This document shows positions 37,001-45,075 of a stretch of DNA of 64,000 nt, in pieces. Where the stretch lies: the IMG/VR virus record IMGVR_UViG_3300011336_000243, positions 1 to 64,000 of that record; one strand, 5' to 3'. The notes under the pieces were generated by a model. It worked only from the letters and a program-made list of their open reading frames with translations. It had not been told where the DNA came from and did no database searches. The translations under genes were made by a program, and so were the position numbers. The number at the start of each line of letters is the position of its first letter. Positions within the stretch are counted from its first letter, which is position 1. This DNA is from a virus. Lineage: Duplodnaviria > Caudoviricetes.

Positions 37001-37398
37001 TCTATAGGTGCAAATATAATCTTACTGGGGTCTAAAGGTTTTTCTTCATCTATAAGTTCATTAGGGTTTTCTCCTATACGTAATAACGTCTCGATGTCGT
37101 CTATGGCTTTTAATATTCGTGAGTCTACTGAGTTAGTAGTCTCCTGAGCTAGGTGGATGTCTTGAACAGTCTCTAGGTTTGGAAATAATCCTTTTACCCA
37201 CTCAAACGTGGGTTCTTGACTCTCTGCATCTACTGGCATGTTAGGAGCTACTGTCTCCTTAAACTTTCCATGCAGAGTCTCAAAGTCAGTAGAATACACG
37301 TAGTTCATTATACGTGAGGTCTCCTGTTCTCCATAGGCTTGAGTTAGTGCAGTTGCTAATACAGATTTCTTTCCATTCCAAGAAGTGTAACAATTCAT
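25099..37398 (-). CDS. Virion-packaged single-chain RNA polymerase, crAss-type, with GNAT and zincin domains (4099 aa)
   Basis: Catalytic GSDFDVDK at 31738-31752; ARIPNQG; TDAQEF; YIKSS; HELTH at ~29280; EYRNKGLG GNAT motif near the N-terminus. Confidence 0.92.
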   Translation of the reverse strand: MNCYTSWNGKKSVLATALTQAYGEQETSRIMNYVYSTDFETLHGKFKETVAPNMPVDAESQEPTFEWVKGLFPNLETVQDIHLAQETTNSVDSRILKAIDDIETLLRIGENPNELIDEEKPLDPSKIIFAPIEGKNTVEPEHIQLPKEYRNKGLGVALYILKGEQAKQRGKFLVNSDGFKPEAAKVWLKLVDLGLATRDSEYATFQYTGLQGKELEYFNQNYATKVVSIKRNLVPFTTILTEFEPKAQELFNEPTVELYTEVVGNYEYDLSADISESLKADIQTKLDDVRNSFSVVIDFVKIPKAPLQTTPTTEETKVIPAPALPTRPFKQARKYYEVTVDDVNEMRQWIKDNWILPALNTTDTILLPLKNPLSKEALRRDTNGMTAQEYVTMVAEIKAEMKDTFPTNLKFSKDVEAYMNNSPEVLRSSVNPDTVGLGNLKLDPEAVKEQRMKTEVPLVDANNKTIGYLSEFGQDFQLEIAGMALYSTYKVLTQSTAKTPPIQLALRSALNSLKIQVNLFRKDGKNEEADKLEAAIRSFSFPAGSKVTGKDGKVTIQKGVDQRKSILQLVLNNMEALGYVISAENSMKLQNLFYKLKDLPANSPDLLNDDAKLKLDEITEKDAVTTPDDDIESEESEVEALNEGQVYRENYDNVTKDQRGTTSVRVKMWLSTFTEEESFNFMVDENGNSIINPKKPTNIKKNSIGMSVYYATNFDEIFSKCALVLAGQPELTVEKAATLLKTMGGPSTWKVGHQLMSDKTPLIIKHQFMKAMYQQNKKGLEVRTKLIETGGDEGGKILDVKVRDLARSGNETDLVDKWREEFALSPIVKVVNNKAVIDIEESRKHWNIIKFFNKLETLRFKPANFAKLGGNKQTALTSYNETESQRVAEAKAAIQDEFENSGIRKYFKGTLEQLIEDEFPTKPVVDEQGFSTPGTIDFSQKRKIVGGILQKMFAEYGIDLPDGAIETMTRSFNGEDNIKNYMKTSWKGCFGMNALSTPGGPFSFFFAKAAGEGIFKEDQELSDEGMNKVMLNNPLLTEPTTMKMLAKLTMMHTPIMNTSTYRSTEGKTISLNQLNTSLSDQVQLMQNNWQKFAENSKKSLLARNGCKNFLSYFSVPKNRNKFALSSLSGLNHNETDKGVVRQYMSLREQIQTALGLFYQQPDTISLMSLSHSDKTETPIFQGLPRYEISKCIQGLEEKFMAEYSRVLEHQRMTENNLHTDAQFKEGGKYFYFLPFNKSEIGGKSGNADMGKVLWNEDGTIKKLSEEQLRQFLKDYGTTYITEHLKKQIAKDLANVEDLGIGLNNVDQKVIKRISKDIASREGYNPEDTAGNKRRVLEQVVMEFSANYAVHSMNMSMLFFGDPALAFKKDVVSTMKEYSKRTAKDIAPGSKGQFEDTQYNQLVFSDVKDGKTFKQDYMKELRGITSFNGTDAQEFTTVMEHLTVMKAYGLIDSNLFDELKGVVDNADKDGFYKFTDDQLKQMLQPMQAMKPVVAGWRSVNNGNIRYLDYIKSSAYPLLPQFTVRSKHMDNLRKLAEGRTVDGVTINGGVQRITFESAVKMGKPTKLANFTQLTSENLLPAIQQVDRANFKIQQDIPYDEAKEEVKIVSQMNKLIVEGINSLDFQIDGTTVKGKELRRYKEKLRAAMAQKEYPKVLKALGINEESRDLDKALLVAKLEEEAKSRGYTSNDLVALKLFVDTKVLPDGNTVDSQEFVVPFLLHNAQEKFESLIMSMIKKVTTTKIPGKSYVQASSTGYFQDVKQFNELTAEQKAEIVFVEGYDGTEPLKHQRIEDGVVKPAQVLAPFNFHVNGKLQSVKDYVKVDENGRTMLDLERVPQELLRLVGARIPNQGHNSMLAMEIVGFVPDWMGDVMFVPDMITGQMGSDFDVDKIYTYKFPYNVKSTEKINSFKPLDNRLTINEDLSGLRMAEEETEDFIVNQYVALHWAILTDPVVSAEKVTKALDLNDLTLMNEKFPNDSNEDWYWSGFTQMSQFDSGKDAKTLVGSTSLAVTFNSDLQGANVKLGSYDKGDEVPEVIVLNGMSFNRLSGEGYSEYTYKDKKTGEMVTNRRSKHENHTVYQSAAVDNAKDRLLDYLNINLATYPAIQFLHQLGNSKGEALGVDFVIALMLQAPIKKFAKMMSNAKDSISEFPKNAEKIFDEIEASYKKVEETMIPITSKSLEDLVKTKELTPEQKALELQAFKAFRYAYEKGQDLGKLQKTINQDTNGAGKNFIYAQSQAENKTNLFELNGGRSFIGGHTLLADNIEKSTLFNLTIGLATDLQSDLMPMRSMQEVNSKIAIQMKTSLTSLSNEKALKLQRAYKAAVLSSPLSLGVDKYAERIRLLYGTATETSLAQRVFEWRKENPGNYFVERIKVQGSKSIAEPSTISYENGKAVLMDTEANINAFMSMFNSTDKKTAQLAKDIATYALLLSPNNGPNSFISKVPAALLLSKEFSQELRDMEAKVGNITRQYFQHNPTDAVKMNYRDISSYKINDGLSIPEVFNLNNSNRKVIEPLETDDGAVSYFHVEFPSGVALYANVGGLTYQRIDTLGKGALTEYDLNTSHMRSVFPKNRAYTSMQQTGTATNEEKARLNREVKELHDRNGNYLKNLEGTTVGTTEIQYALDLMSVNVELPGHLRVLADQMSLMDLRGEDQLASLLGDTYGQLSLEVNNGNANLYSIRNNKITLGTNRGQSSIAKMSGKLLHELTHVNSSAVLSLLGFGNKPGYTTVIKNNQVLFKKAARLDKLRYQALSAFRNGLSEERRAIADRLIAIMKEESTPDRDARLREVEKEMRPTNEEFQIMYALSSVTEFIPGVLTEGSVIKFLNTVEGDKAWYQNLIDNILDFLTSMLESIGVTVNDKSILKEAYALAYDIVKRTDKLELTRNADGKFELGDNIFASEYNAIEQSAVVEKVYGIENDVVDLGTHYSIAPVTPSKSLADARQLEILRERMELQLDQVNTVIAINAYTPEEFERRGIAEKIYDEISEDLSNVIREKDLLLLNDIAAKQLDWARTLLNRKAMTHEECSMISTLLKLWEGITDIYTPDSPKLIPTVYNQMGDVRKQLDGLIPQMQEYAGHTLIKVSAKAGFTVETKDFTDDLQNPNLLTKWGLTLAKDLNRAIQSYAIQVKMAADMAQESQLEHRDALVDLKALMKEYQQATGKSQQEVMDLFIQSDPSDPNMFGLTQRLNSQWYTNNSKILGKHIDTLWNAKRNSNAPAEVKKAWDRFWETKKDQMIIDPNLFFNYDGTRKLGEDSAEYKALVDFCGSKEIVDDAIRSTQATIQRFNDSKNVRKNHILDNVKLTPGEDAELVLAITKSFTSTYAVGTAEYKAELDAVIETRREEALKDKAAQEFTRYQQERSPFFFTDTQAKPEEHPNLRHTGYYAPAFIPKASSSNIDPKYNVIMGDKRLSKIYETFKNMSKEFRSYLPPNVQNQLHENFLPITNAADVEENYGLLTRMQNTNVGKKIFHAFSVTEEQVNRVGNGSIPLMYTKGNKSTASRDLFKMFEMFGNMAIHFHYMAPMEAQYTTMKTLINKESQKRKNSDNKEKPELTNLMDAVDYYNDALVRKKAINVQGVSKKPIFTMNPLKWESDTRRYEALRDKKEEIVEKLKTLDVELQKEEIALLEKELAQVNKEFEAMEDKKRYFAVSKAGDTLMGINQLRALAFSPFSAFANLTYGLMAVHIYSMGFRADKDGFTNGEFSSKQYGTALKMMRGNIVKTLGSIRGAKGSDQAQKIKNFLDRIGLIDQFLETQAGKSNLTELERSNLKKTFDPMAWQKNGDFLSKGAMALAMALNTKVEVNGVATNLFEALGQDAKWDEEANGKAENWYSKDKTLQTDWNKFKTKVRHTSIIVFGNQDKNSPQYGRKEILGRLIGQFRNSWLYDGINARWGGESQEEDVVLGRKTKGRYRTYIDLGSSSFKVVGKQMLSVINKSIDPYEGLMTDQWTTNAKGEKILKKMPIRDFEIENLRRNMAELSYGIGLYALTQLIRMMLKGLDDDDEAEKKFVSMMTNILYRNYQDVSMYSDYGTFSQFTGSLIPAASLVQDAWKATKATAKLTYEEDPDLYHDLLLKWSKVVPIVNNLNKFDFMFNRSLEDIKR

Positions 37399-37417
37399 AC
37401 TTTGTAGATTTTGACTA

Positions 37418-37425
37418 CAAATGTA
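37418..37425 (-). promoter_or_regulatory. Bacteroidota -7 element TACATTTG
   Basis: TAnnTTTG 19 nt upstream of the RNAP ATG. Confidence 0.55.
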
Positions 37426-37433
37426 AGACTATC

Positions 37434-40400
37434 TTAGCACTTCTTAAAAGGATTCCAACTAATAGACTTAAAGCCTTGTGCTTTTAATGCAACTAAAGCT
37501 TCATCTACAGTCATTCCATTACGTTCAGACTGTGGTGTACTATACAATAAAGAACTTAAAGCTTCTGGTGTAACTGCTGTCCCGTTCTCTATATGCGGAG
37601 TTGCTGGTTCAAGACTTTCAAACTCATCTGCAAAAGGATTAAACGTGTCATCTATAGCTTCTGTTGCCGTTATTGGTGTAGTATTAGGAGCAAAGTCTAC
37701 AAAACCTGTGTTAAACTTAATTACTGGGTTAGATGCATAAAACTTCTCACCTGTTTTAGGCTGACTACGATTAGTACTTGGAACACTTAAAGGTCTAATG
37801 TTAGTAGAAATCTTAGACATGATAAAGTTTCTATAAGTAGGATAACTTTTAGTAACCCACTCACCATTGTTATTCACGTTTAACTCTATAAAAGGGTCAT
37901 CTTCTTCAAAAGAAAGTCCTTGTATATTTCCCTTCTGAATGTTGACAAGCTGAGGTCTGTTCTCCAGAAACTCTTTTAACATTTCTACTGAGTCACTATC
38001 TAGTTCTCCATTCTTGTTGATACTTAACTTCTTTACTACAGAACCTTCTTCAGTTTTCTTACAGATTTCAATAGTAAACCCATGGCCGTCTTTACTAAAA
38101 TCTATAGCGTACCCTTTGTATTTTGGGTCAATTAAGAACTTAGTAATGTCTGTGGTATAAGAAAAGTACTGCGTAAATACATTACGTAGGTCTTGCAGTT
38201 TGTCTATTCGTTTACCTATAAGGTTTTCTATACGGTCTATATCTTTTTGGTTCTTTTCTGTACTTTGCGCTATTACTATCTCAAGTAATCTTTTAACAGC
38301 AGGAAAAGTATCATTGTCTAAAAGTGTATTAGGTTTTACAGTCATAGGAATCATAGTACCATTAGCTCCAGGAACTAAAGCAACTACTTGTCCTTCCATT
38401 CCTTTTCTATAGACTACAGAAGGGTCACCACCTGTCATAGAAGTCAAAGTATCAGATACTACGTGAAGTTCTAACTCACTAATAAATCTAGCAGCTGGTT
38501 CGTATTTATGAGCAAGGTTTACACGTCCTGCACCTTTAGTTTCTACAACACTGTTTAACGTAGCGCCTGTAAGATGTGCATTGATAACAGCCTCTCTAAT
38601 CTTACGAAGCCTGTCCGCTTCTGCTTGTGCGTTTCCACTTATTGTTCCTCCATTACCATCAGATATTAAATCTACCACGTGGATAAATCTATCATCAGAA
38701 GTAGAACCTGGTATTTCTGCCAAGATCCATCCTACTTTATGAATGTACGTAGTGTATCCTGTTGGGTTACCTGCATCGTCTAACACTTCTACCTTAATAG
38801 GAATGTTGTCTATAGCATCTTGTCTTTCAGCTTCATCAGAAGAGTTTAATCCTCTTAAGTAATCTTCTACACTTTTTTCTCTTTCTAAGTTTAACTTATC
38901 TCCTGTATAGTCAGAAGTAGACTCAGGTTTAACAGCTAAACCATCATAGTCCATATCTACAGATATACTAAGTTTAGTACCTGGAGGTAATCCTTCTTTA
39001 CGTAAAACATCTAAGTCTGTTTCTGAAGAGACTTTTCCTGTATTATTCCATACTCTATCTCCTTCTTTTACATCTCCAGGAGGAGCATCCATTACAGTAG
39101 TGTTGTAGGCTACTATATTCTGATGGGCCACAGCATTATGGGGACTGACTTGCTTAGCTCCATGCTGACGTCCTGACTCATTAGTACTAGGTATGAATTC
39201 AGCAGGCACGAATTCTACTGAGTGTACTTCTTGGTCTATGTCTAAAGTGTCTGTAGTTTCTTCTGTAGTTTCTGTTGTTGGTTCTTCTATAGGAAGTTCT
39301 TCTAATACACTTGCAGACTCTACTACTCTAAAACCTTTCTCTTCTATAGCAGCCTTAGCTATGTTAAAGTAAGGAGCTGCTTCTCTTACAGTCAATCCGT
39401 GAGAAGTAGCAAAAGGAGCAAACGTAATGTCATCATGAACTACCTCTTCCATGTGTTTAGCTGTTGCTTCTTCTACGTAGGTTGCTAAGTCATCTGCTAG
39501 TTGTACAGTTGCATCACTTCTACGTAAGTTATCAAGAGTTTCTTCAAATACAGTTTTAGTAGGAAGGACTTCTTCGGACGCAAGGGGTGGAGAGACTGGA
39601 TCCATTGTAGTTTCTTCTGGAACTTCTTCTTCTGTTACTGGTTCAGCCTCAGCTTCTGGTAGTGGGTTCTTTTGGTTCTCATCTACTTCTTCAGTACTTT
39701 GTAACTCAACCATAGTTGCTTCAATTAAAGCTTGGTTTTCTTTTAAAAACTGACTAAGTTGCGTAGGTAGTGATTCTAGTGAAGCTAAGATTCTTGCACG
39801 TTGTACTTCTTTCTGTCTAAACTGTTGTAAGATTTTATTGTACAACTCTTTTCTTTCTTCAAGTAAGTTAGCTAATGCAGGATTCTTTGTAGCTTCATCA
39901 ATTAAGTTGCGTAGGTTTTCTAAGTCTGCTAAGTTGTTACGCATAGTGGCAACTACTTTTCTTAACTCTTTCTCATTTTCTTTTTGCAGTCTTTCATACT
40001 GTTTACGTACTAAGTCTTCTCTAGTCTTTAAATTCTCAACCCTTCCTCTCAAAGCTTTTTGAGTTGCAAGGGTTTCTTTTTCCATTTTAGCATTCAACTC
40101 TTTGTAGTAGTTGCTAGTAATCTTCATTACAGAAGAAAGACTTTTAGCCGTAGACAATTCCTTTAAGTGCTCATCATGTCCTTTAATCATATCATCAAGT
40201 CTAGATGCTACGTTGGATAATCTACGATAATTAGCTGCTATAGGAAGTCTTTCGTTTACATCTTTATAGTAGTCTGATATAGTTTTATTAGGGTTGTTTT
40301 CTAACCACGTTGCGTAAACAGTAGAAGCTGCTAAAGTCTCTGCGTGTTTATCTAAATCCTTTTCTAAAGAAGCTTTACGTATCTTTAATCTTTTGATTCC

Positions 40401-42731
40401 TTTACTAATGCCTTTTGTACGCATAGGAGGAACAGGAACAGTGGCGCCAGTTTCTGTAAGTACTTCATCTACATCTTCTTCTTTTGCTTTTATGTCTTCT
40501 AGTATACCAAGTTTTCTTTCTACTTCTGCTAGAGATGTAGTAAGTTCATGATTACGTTTAAGCATGTTTTGCTCTTCATCTAAGTTGTTAGCAATGCCAC
40601 TATCAAAAGCATTCATTTCTTTTAACTCTTTATCTACTAACTTCTTTCTTTCTTCTAATAAGTACTTCTGTGCTTTCTTATGGAAGACCCATTGCTTAAG
40701 AGGCATCTCTGCGCCTTCTACATGTTTGTCACCGATAGTTTCGTAATCAAACTCATTTTGCTCATAGATTTTTTGAATAGCATCTAAGTCTTTCATAGCT
40801 TTCTCTGCTTTCTCCTTGTACGTAGTATCACCTACTTTTGTAGCAAAGCCAAGTCTAGTGGCTGCTGTATGTCCTTGTGCTTTACTACGTGCATCCTGTA
40901 ATACCGCTAAGTTCTGTGCTAGTTGAGTCTTTTCATCTGCGTCTTGAGAAGCGGCTATTTGTGTTTGTGTAGCTGCTATCTTTTCATCTAATTCTTCTGT
41001 ATCTACTTTAGTGTTGTCTATGTTAGCAATAGACTGAAAAGTGTTCTTAAGACTATCTCCCATACCAAGAGCCACAGAGTTACGAACACTAAGATTAAGC
41101 ATTTCGTCTCTAAGAAGTTGAGCTTCTTCTGGTCTACCATTCTTAATGGCATCCTCCATCTTCTTTGTAGTGTTGTAATAGTATTCTGCATCATTTTGTA
41201 CTCTTCCTTTAATAGCGTCAAAAAAGTCTACTCCTTGTATTCTAGCCATTTCTTTTTTAGACACTCTACCATTGATAGGTATGATTCCAAGTATCTTACT
41301 TGAGTGATATTCTTTAGCAGCATCTTCTGGATTAGTTACTGGTTTTCCCTCTGCATCTACTAAGTTGTTTTCTCCATCTACTCTACTTTGCTTTTCTACT
41401 TTAAATAGTGGATTGTTCTGTGTAATGCTTTGTTGTCCAGGGCCTGCTATAGCTCCTAAGATAAAGTTGAATGCACCCTCATCATCATTTACTCTATTGA
41501 TGTAGTTTTTTAATTGCCCAAACTGTCCTAAGAAACTGTAAGTATTTCCTTTCTTTCCCTCTTCTATACCTGTACGTTCAGCAAACTGATTAGTTAATTC
41601 TTCAAGACCTTCTGCTCCCATTTCTCTTAACGTAGAAAGTGAAAGTAATCCTTCTTTTTTTCCTAACTCTTTAGCGTATTTACTACCAGTTTCTCCCGCT
41701 AATCTTTCCATATACTTAGCTAATCCTTTTTCACCTAAAGCAGCTTCTGCACTTGACATACCAAGTACTCTTCTAGCCACTTCTACAGTTTCATCTACAT
41801 CGTGTCTAAAGAACTGAGAAACTCCTCCCATCATGTTTAGACCTGTATTGATTACAGTGTTAAGTTGTACTGTAGTCTGAGCTGATTCACCTGCTATTCT
41901 ACGTGCCTCTGCATCTGCTTCTTCTTCAGAATAACCTTCAGCTTGTAATTTAATAAATTGGTGTTGGTATACTTCATCGTAAACATGTTTACCTGACATA
42001 GCACCTTCTGTGTATGCCATCATACCAGCAGTCATCCACTGTTCTCCTGCTCTAGCTAATTTCATGCCTCCTTGAAGTGCACTTCTACCAGTTTTAGCTA
42101 TTCCAGTAACTTTCCCTACTTCTGCTAAACCTCTAGTAGCTATTTTTCCTAAAGTCATTCCTTTTCCTGCTATAGATCCTACTTTGCCTATTTCTCCTAG
42201 TACTTTAGCAAATCCTGCACCATCTAAAGCAAAAGCAGCCAATGTAGTTATTAACCCTTCCCCAGTCTCTAATACAGAACTTAAATCTGTAAAGTCAAAA
42301 AGTTTATCTGATTTTCTATACAAAGGAAAGTTAGCATCTAACCAAGAGTTAGCATCATCCATAGCATTAGTTAAACCATTTTGATAATCATTAGCTGAAT
42401 CGAACAACTCAGGAATATAACCTACACTTTGCACAAGGTTAGTACCTATTTTAAGAAAAGTACGAGGTACAAAATTTCTCCACTTTTCTAATGCCGATTG
42501 CTGTTCTCCTAGTATATGTTCTAAGTTTCCTTGTGCTGGAGAATAACTAGCTCCAGAATATTTAGGAAGTGCTTCTAAATTTAAGTCTACAGCTGGATTA
42601 CTTTTAAACGTGGAAGGTATAGAAGGAAGATAAAAAGAATTTGGGTCTTGTTTTCCTACTTTTTGTGCTTCTGGTTTTTCTGTTCCCCATCCTACTCCAT
42701 CATACTCGTTGTTTAAATCTTCTAATGCCAT
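37434..42731 (-). CDS. Large virion cargo/ejection protein adjacent to the RNAP (1765 aa)
   Basis: Gly/Ala-rich amphipathic N-terminal region (EGLEELTNQFAE), long coiled coil, acidic linker; position typical of crAss-like ejection proteins. Confidence 0.75.
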   Translation of the reverse strand: MALEDLNNEYDGVGWGTEKPEAQKVGKQDPNSFYLPSIPSTFKSNPAVDLNLEALPKYSGASYSPAQGNLEHILGEQQSALEKWRNFVPRTFLKIGTNLVQSVGYIPELFDSANDYQNGLTNAMDDANSWLDANFPLYRKSDKLFDFTDLSSVLETGEGLITTLAAFALDGAGFAKVLGEIGKVGSIAGKGMTLGKIATRGLAEVGKVTGIAKTGRSALQGGMKLARAGEQWMTAGMMAYTEGAMSGKHVYDEVYQHQFIKLQAEGYSEEEADAEARRIAGESAQTTVQLNTVINTGLNMMGGVSQFFRHDVDETVEVARRVLGMSSAEAALGEKGLAKYMERLAGETGSKYAKELGKKEGLLSLSTLREMGAEGLEELTNQFAERTGIEEGKKGNTYSFLGQFGQLKNYINRVNDDEGAFNFILGAIAGPGQQSITQNNPLFKVEKQSRVDGENNLVDAEGKPVTNPEDAAKEYHSSKILGIIPINGRVSKKEMARIQGVDFFDAIKGRVQNDAEYYYNTTKKMEDAIKNGRPEEAQLLRDEMLNLSVRNSVALGMGDSLKNTFQSIANIDNTKVDTEELDEKIAATQTQIAASQDADEKTQLAQNLAVLQDARSKAQGHTAATRLGFATKVGDTTYKEKAEKAMKDLDAIQKIYEQNEFDYETIGDKHVEGAEMPLKQWVFHKKAQKYLLEERKKLVDKELKEMNAFDSGIANNLDEEQNMLKRNHELTTSLAEVERKLGILEDIKAKEEDVDEVLTETGATVPVPPMRTKGISKGIKRLKIRKASLEKDLDKHAETLAASTVYATWLENNPNKTISDYYKDVNERLPIAANYRRLSNVASRLDDMIKGHDEHLKELSTAKSLSSVMKITSNYYKELNAKMEKETLATQKALRGRVENLKTREDLVRKQYERLQKENEKELRKVVATMRNNLADLENLRNLIDEATKNPALANLLEERKELYNKILQQFRQKEVQRARILASLESLPTQLSQFLKENQALIEATMVELQSTEEVDENQKNPLPEAEAEPVTEEEVPEETTMDPVSPPLASEEVLPTKTVFEETLDNLRRSDATVQLADDLATYVEEATAKHMEEVVHDDITFAPFATSHGLTVREAAPYFNIAKAAIEEKGFRVVESASVLEELPIEEPTTETTEETTDTLDIDQEVHSVEFVPAEFIPSTNESGRQHGAKQVSPHNAVAHQNIVAYNTTVMDAPPGDVKEGDRVWNNTGKVSSETDLDVLRKEGLPPGTKLSISVDMDYDGLAVKPESTSDYTGDKLNLEREKSVEDYLRGLNSSDEAERQDAIDNIPIKVEVLDDAGNPTGYTTYIHKVGWILAEIPGSTSDDRFIHVVDLISDGNGGTISGNAQAEADRLRKIREAVINAHLTGATLNSVVETKGAGRVNLAHKYEPAARFISELELHVVSDTLTSMTGGDPSVVYRKGMEGQVVALVPGANGTMIPMTVKPNTLLDNDTFPAVKRLLEIVIAQSTEKNQKDIDRIENLIGKRIDKLQDLRNVFTQYFSYTTDITKFLIDPKYKGYAIDFSKDGHGFTIEICKKTEEGSVVKKLSINKNGELDSDSVEMLKEFLENRPQLVNIQKGNIQGLSFEEDDPFIELNVNNNGEWVTKSYPTYRNFIMSKISTNIRPLSVPSTNRSQPKTGEKFYASNPVIKFNTGFVDFAPNTTPITATEAIDDTFNPFADEFESLEPATPHIENGTAVTPEALSSLLYSTPQSERNGMTVDEALVALKAQGFKSISWNPFKKC

Positions 42732-42732
42732 C

Positions 42733-45075
42733 CTAATTATTTGTGTAGTTTAAAAATGTTTCCCAATCTGTTTTGCTACTATTAAGTTTTTTAGTTACTC
42801 CATTAGGTATAATAGTACCGTCTTCTTTATGTACGCTAAAAGTATTACCGTCCTTGTGAATGTTTACAACTATTTTTGTAGGTTTTCCATTAAGAGTAAT
42901 CATTAAAGGTTCTCCATTTCTATTAGTAGTTATTCTTTTTCCTGCTATAAATGGTAACTCACTTCCTACGTCTCCTCTTTGAGCTGTTTTTTGTAAGTCT
43001 ATTACTCCTGTTATGTCATCAGCATTAGACATTAAATAAGGTAACATTTTTTGCATGTTAGGTACTTTTATATAAACAGTTCTATTAAATTCTTTAGTCT
43101 TAGCATCATACAAATTTAACTGTGTAAGATTACGTCCTGGTATAATGTTTACTTCTTTATCGTTAATAGTAAGACCTTCATCCTTCATCAAATCTAGTAA
43201 ATTACCTTCTTGTGCTCCTCCTATGTTGTTTAAGTATGCAAAGTTTCCAGGTGAAGAAAGAATAGCAGATTTAAACTTCTTGTGATTAGGAGTAACATCA
43301 TCTAAAGCTGCAGTAGGTGTAGTCATCTTCATATTTTTAAAAGATTCTTTAGCTCCTGGAGTTTCTCCAAAGTGTAAAGAATTTAACTTGTCCCTATAAT
43401 TAAGACCTCTACCAGTTGAATATATTTGTCCTTCAGATTCAAGCCAGTTAAATAACTCTGGGTTTTTAGCTTTAGTTACTACATAGTCTTTTCCATTAGC
43501 TTTTACTTTGAATCCTACCCAAGTTCCGCCACTAGTAAATAACTGACCTAGAACAGAAGTTGGTGCATTTTCTACTATTGGCTCTAACTCTCTTCCATTA
43601 ACTAAAGAGTTTAGTATAGCTTCTTTAACTCCTGGTGCATAAGTTAATTTAGGTAAACTTTTTTCATACTCTTGTCTAGCTTTTCCTTGAATAGTTCTAT
43701 AATCTTCTCCATAAGCTTTTTTAGCTACTGGATCTAATGAAGACTGTAAGAAAGTTTTATAATAAGAAAGTTCATTTTGTGCAGCGGCTACTGCTCCAGA
43801 ATACTTTTCAACATCAGCTTTAGCTTTTTCAACTTGTTCTTTAGAGTACTTTGTAGGATTACTAAGAATGTTATTAGCTATCTTAAGTTGGTAGTTACTC
43901 ATTTCTAGTTCTTTTTCAAGTGGTTCAATTCCTTTAGATTGCATATCAGACAAGGATTCAAAAGGTGCACTTAAAAGTGCTACGTTACCTACTAAAGCAG
44001 GTAATGCATTATTTTCTTCTGCTTTTGCGGCTTTAGCTCTTTCTTCTTTTTTCTTTTCAAATACTTCAGCTAGAGTTGCTAATTGATATGGACTAGGTTC
44101 AGTCTTTATTTCCTTAGTTATACTAGAAATTTGTTTAGTAGCAGCGTAGTTAAATATATCACCGTAAAGAGTATTATAGACATCTTTAGTTGTTAGTTGT
44201 TGTAAAGCATTAGTTGGAGTTATTTCTCCTTTTAAGACTTTATCTTTTAATAACTGTTCTGAAGCTATTTCATCTTCGTTAACTCCTGTAGGAACAAATT
44301 TGTTTTGGAAGAAGTCATAAGCAGCTTTATCATCTACGCCATTAGTGTTGGCAAAAGTTTGTAGTCTAGACTGTTTGTCCAAATATTGAAAAAGTTTAGT
44401 ACCTGGAGTTTTAGCAGCTGAATCAAAAGCTTGTCTAATTTTATCTACTCCTATAGTTTCATAAATACTACCGTTTTTATATTTTTCATATAAAGTCCCT
44501 ATATCTTCAGTTACACCATACTTATCAGGACCTAACATAGATAATACTTCACGTGTAGCCTCATCAGGATCAGGTAAGTCTCCCCAGTTCTCACCACTTT
44601 TAAAGCCACCTACTTTTCTTCCCATCTCATCAAACTGTAATGGTTTAGAACCAGCTAAAGCTTTAGCTTTCATATCATTCTTTTGAGACTCTGTCCAACC
44701 TTTATACTTATCTATTTCATCATAGTACGTAGCTTCTTGTTTAGCATCATTAGCTATAGCTCCTAGTTTACTATGTACGTTTCTTCCTAAAGACATTAAA
44801 GGACGAGTGTAGTGTTCATAGTCTCCTTTCTTAGCTATTTCATCTAACTTTTGTGTAGTCTCCATAGCTATCTTGTCTAACTCTGGTTTACCCATTGTCC
44901 CTGCTGGAGCTTGAGCAATCAAGTCTCTAGTAGTTGCATCTATCTGCACACCTACTTCAAACTTCTTGTCAAGTTCTTCACGTAGTCCTTTAATATCAGC
45001 GGCCATACCTGGGATGTACTTTGGTATGGCATTCTCACTTGTGTTTACTAGTCTAAAATTATCTGATGCTGCCAT
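42733..45075 (-). CDS. Virion cargo/ejection protein (780 aa)
   Basis: Helical ORF in the cargo cluster, translationally coupled to neighbours. Confidence 0.7.
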   Translation of the reverse strand: MAASDNFRLVNTSENAIPKYIPGMAADIKGLREELDKKFEVGVQIDATTRDLIAQAPAGTMGKPELDKIAMETTQKLDEIAKKGDYEHYTRPLMSLGRNVHSKLGAIANDAKQEATYYDEIDKYKGWTESQKNDMKAKALAGSKPLQFDEMGRKVGGFKSGENWGDLPDPDEATREVLSMLGPDKYGVTEDIGTLYEKYKNGSIYETIGVDKIRQAFDSAAKTPGTKLFQYLDKQSRLQTFANTNGVDDKAAYDFFQNKFVPTGVNEDEIASEQLLKDKVLKGEITPTNALQQLTTKDVYNTLYGDIFNYAATKQISSITKEIKTEPSPYQLATLAEVFEKKKEERAKAAKAEENNALPALVGNVALLSAPFESLSDMQSKGIEPLEKELEMSNYQLKIANNILSNPTKYSKEQVEKAKADVEKYSGAVAAAQNELSYYKTFLQSSLDPVAKKAYGEDYRTIQGKARQEYEKSLPKLTYAPGVKEAILNSLVNGRELEPIVENAPTSVLGQLFTSGGTWVGFKVKANGKDYVVTKAKNPELFNWLESEGQIYSTGRGLNYRDKLNSLHFGETPGAKESFKNMKMTTPTAALDDVTPNHKKFKSAILSSPGNFAYLNNIGGAQEGNLLDLMKDEGLTINDKEVNIIPGRNLTQLNLYDAKTKEFNRTVYIKVPNMQKMLPYLMSNADDITGVIDLQKTAQRGDVGSELPFIAGKRITTNRNGEPLMITLNGKPTKIVVNIHKDGNTFSVHKEDGTIIPNGVTKKLNSSKTDWETFLNYTNN

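Noticed and set aside
5634-37398. Introns, inteins or homing endonucleases in polA, helicases or RNAP
   Set aside because: Conserved motifs are contiguous; no C/S...HN intein ends, LAGLIDADG or HNH ORFs seen.
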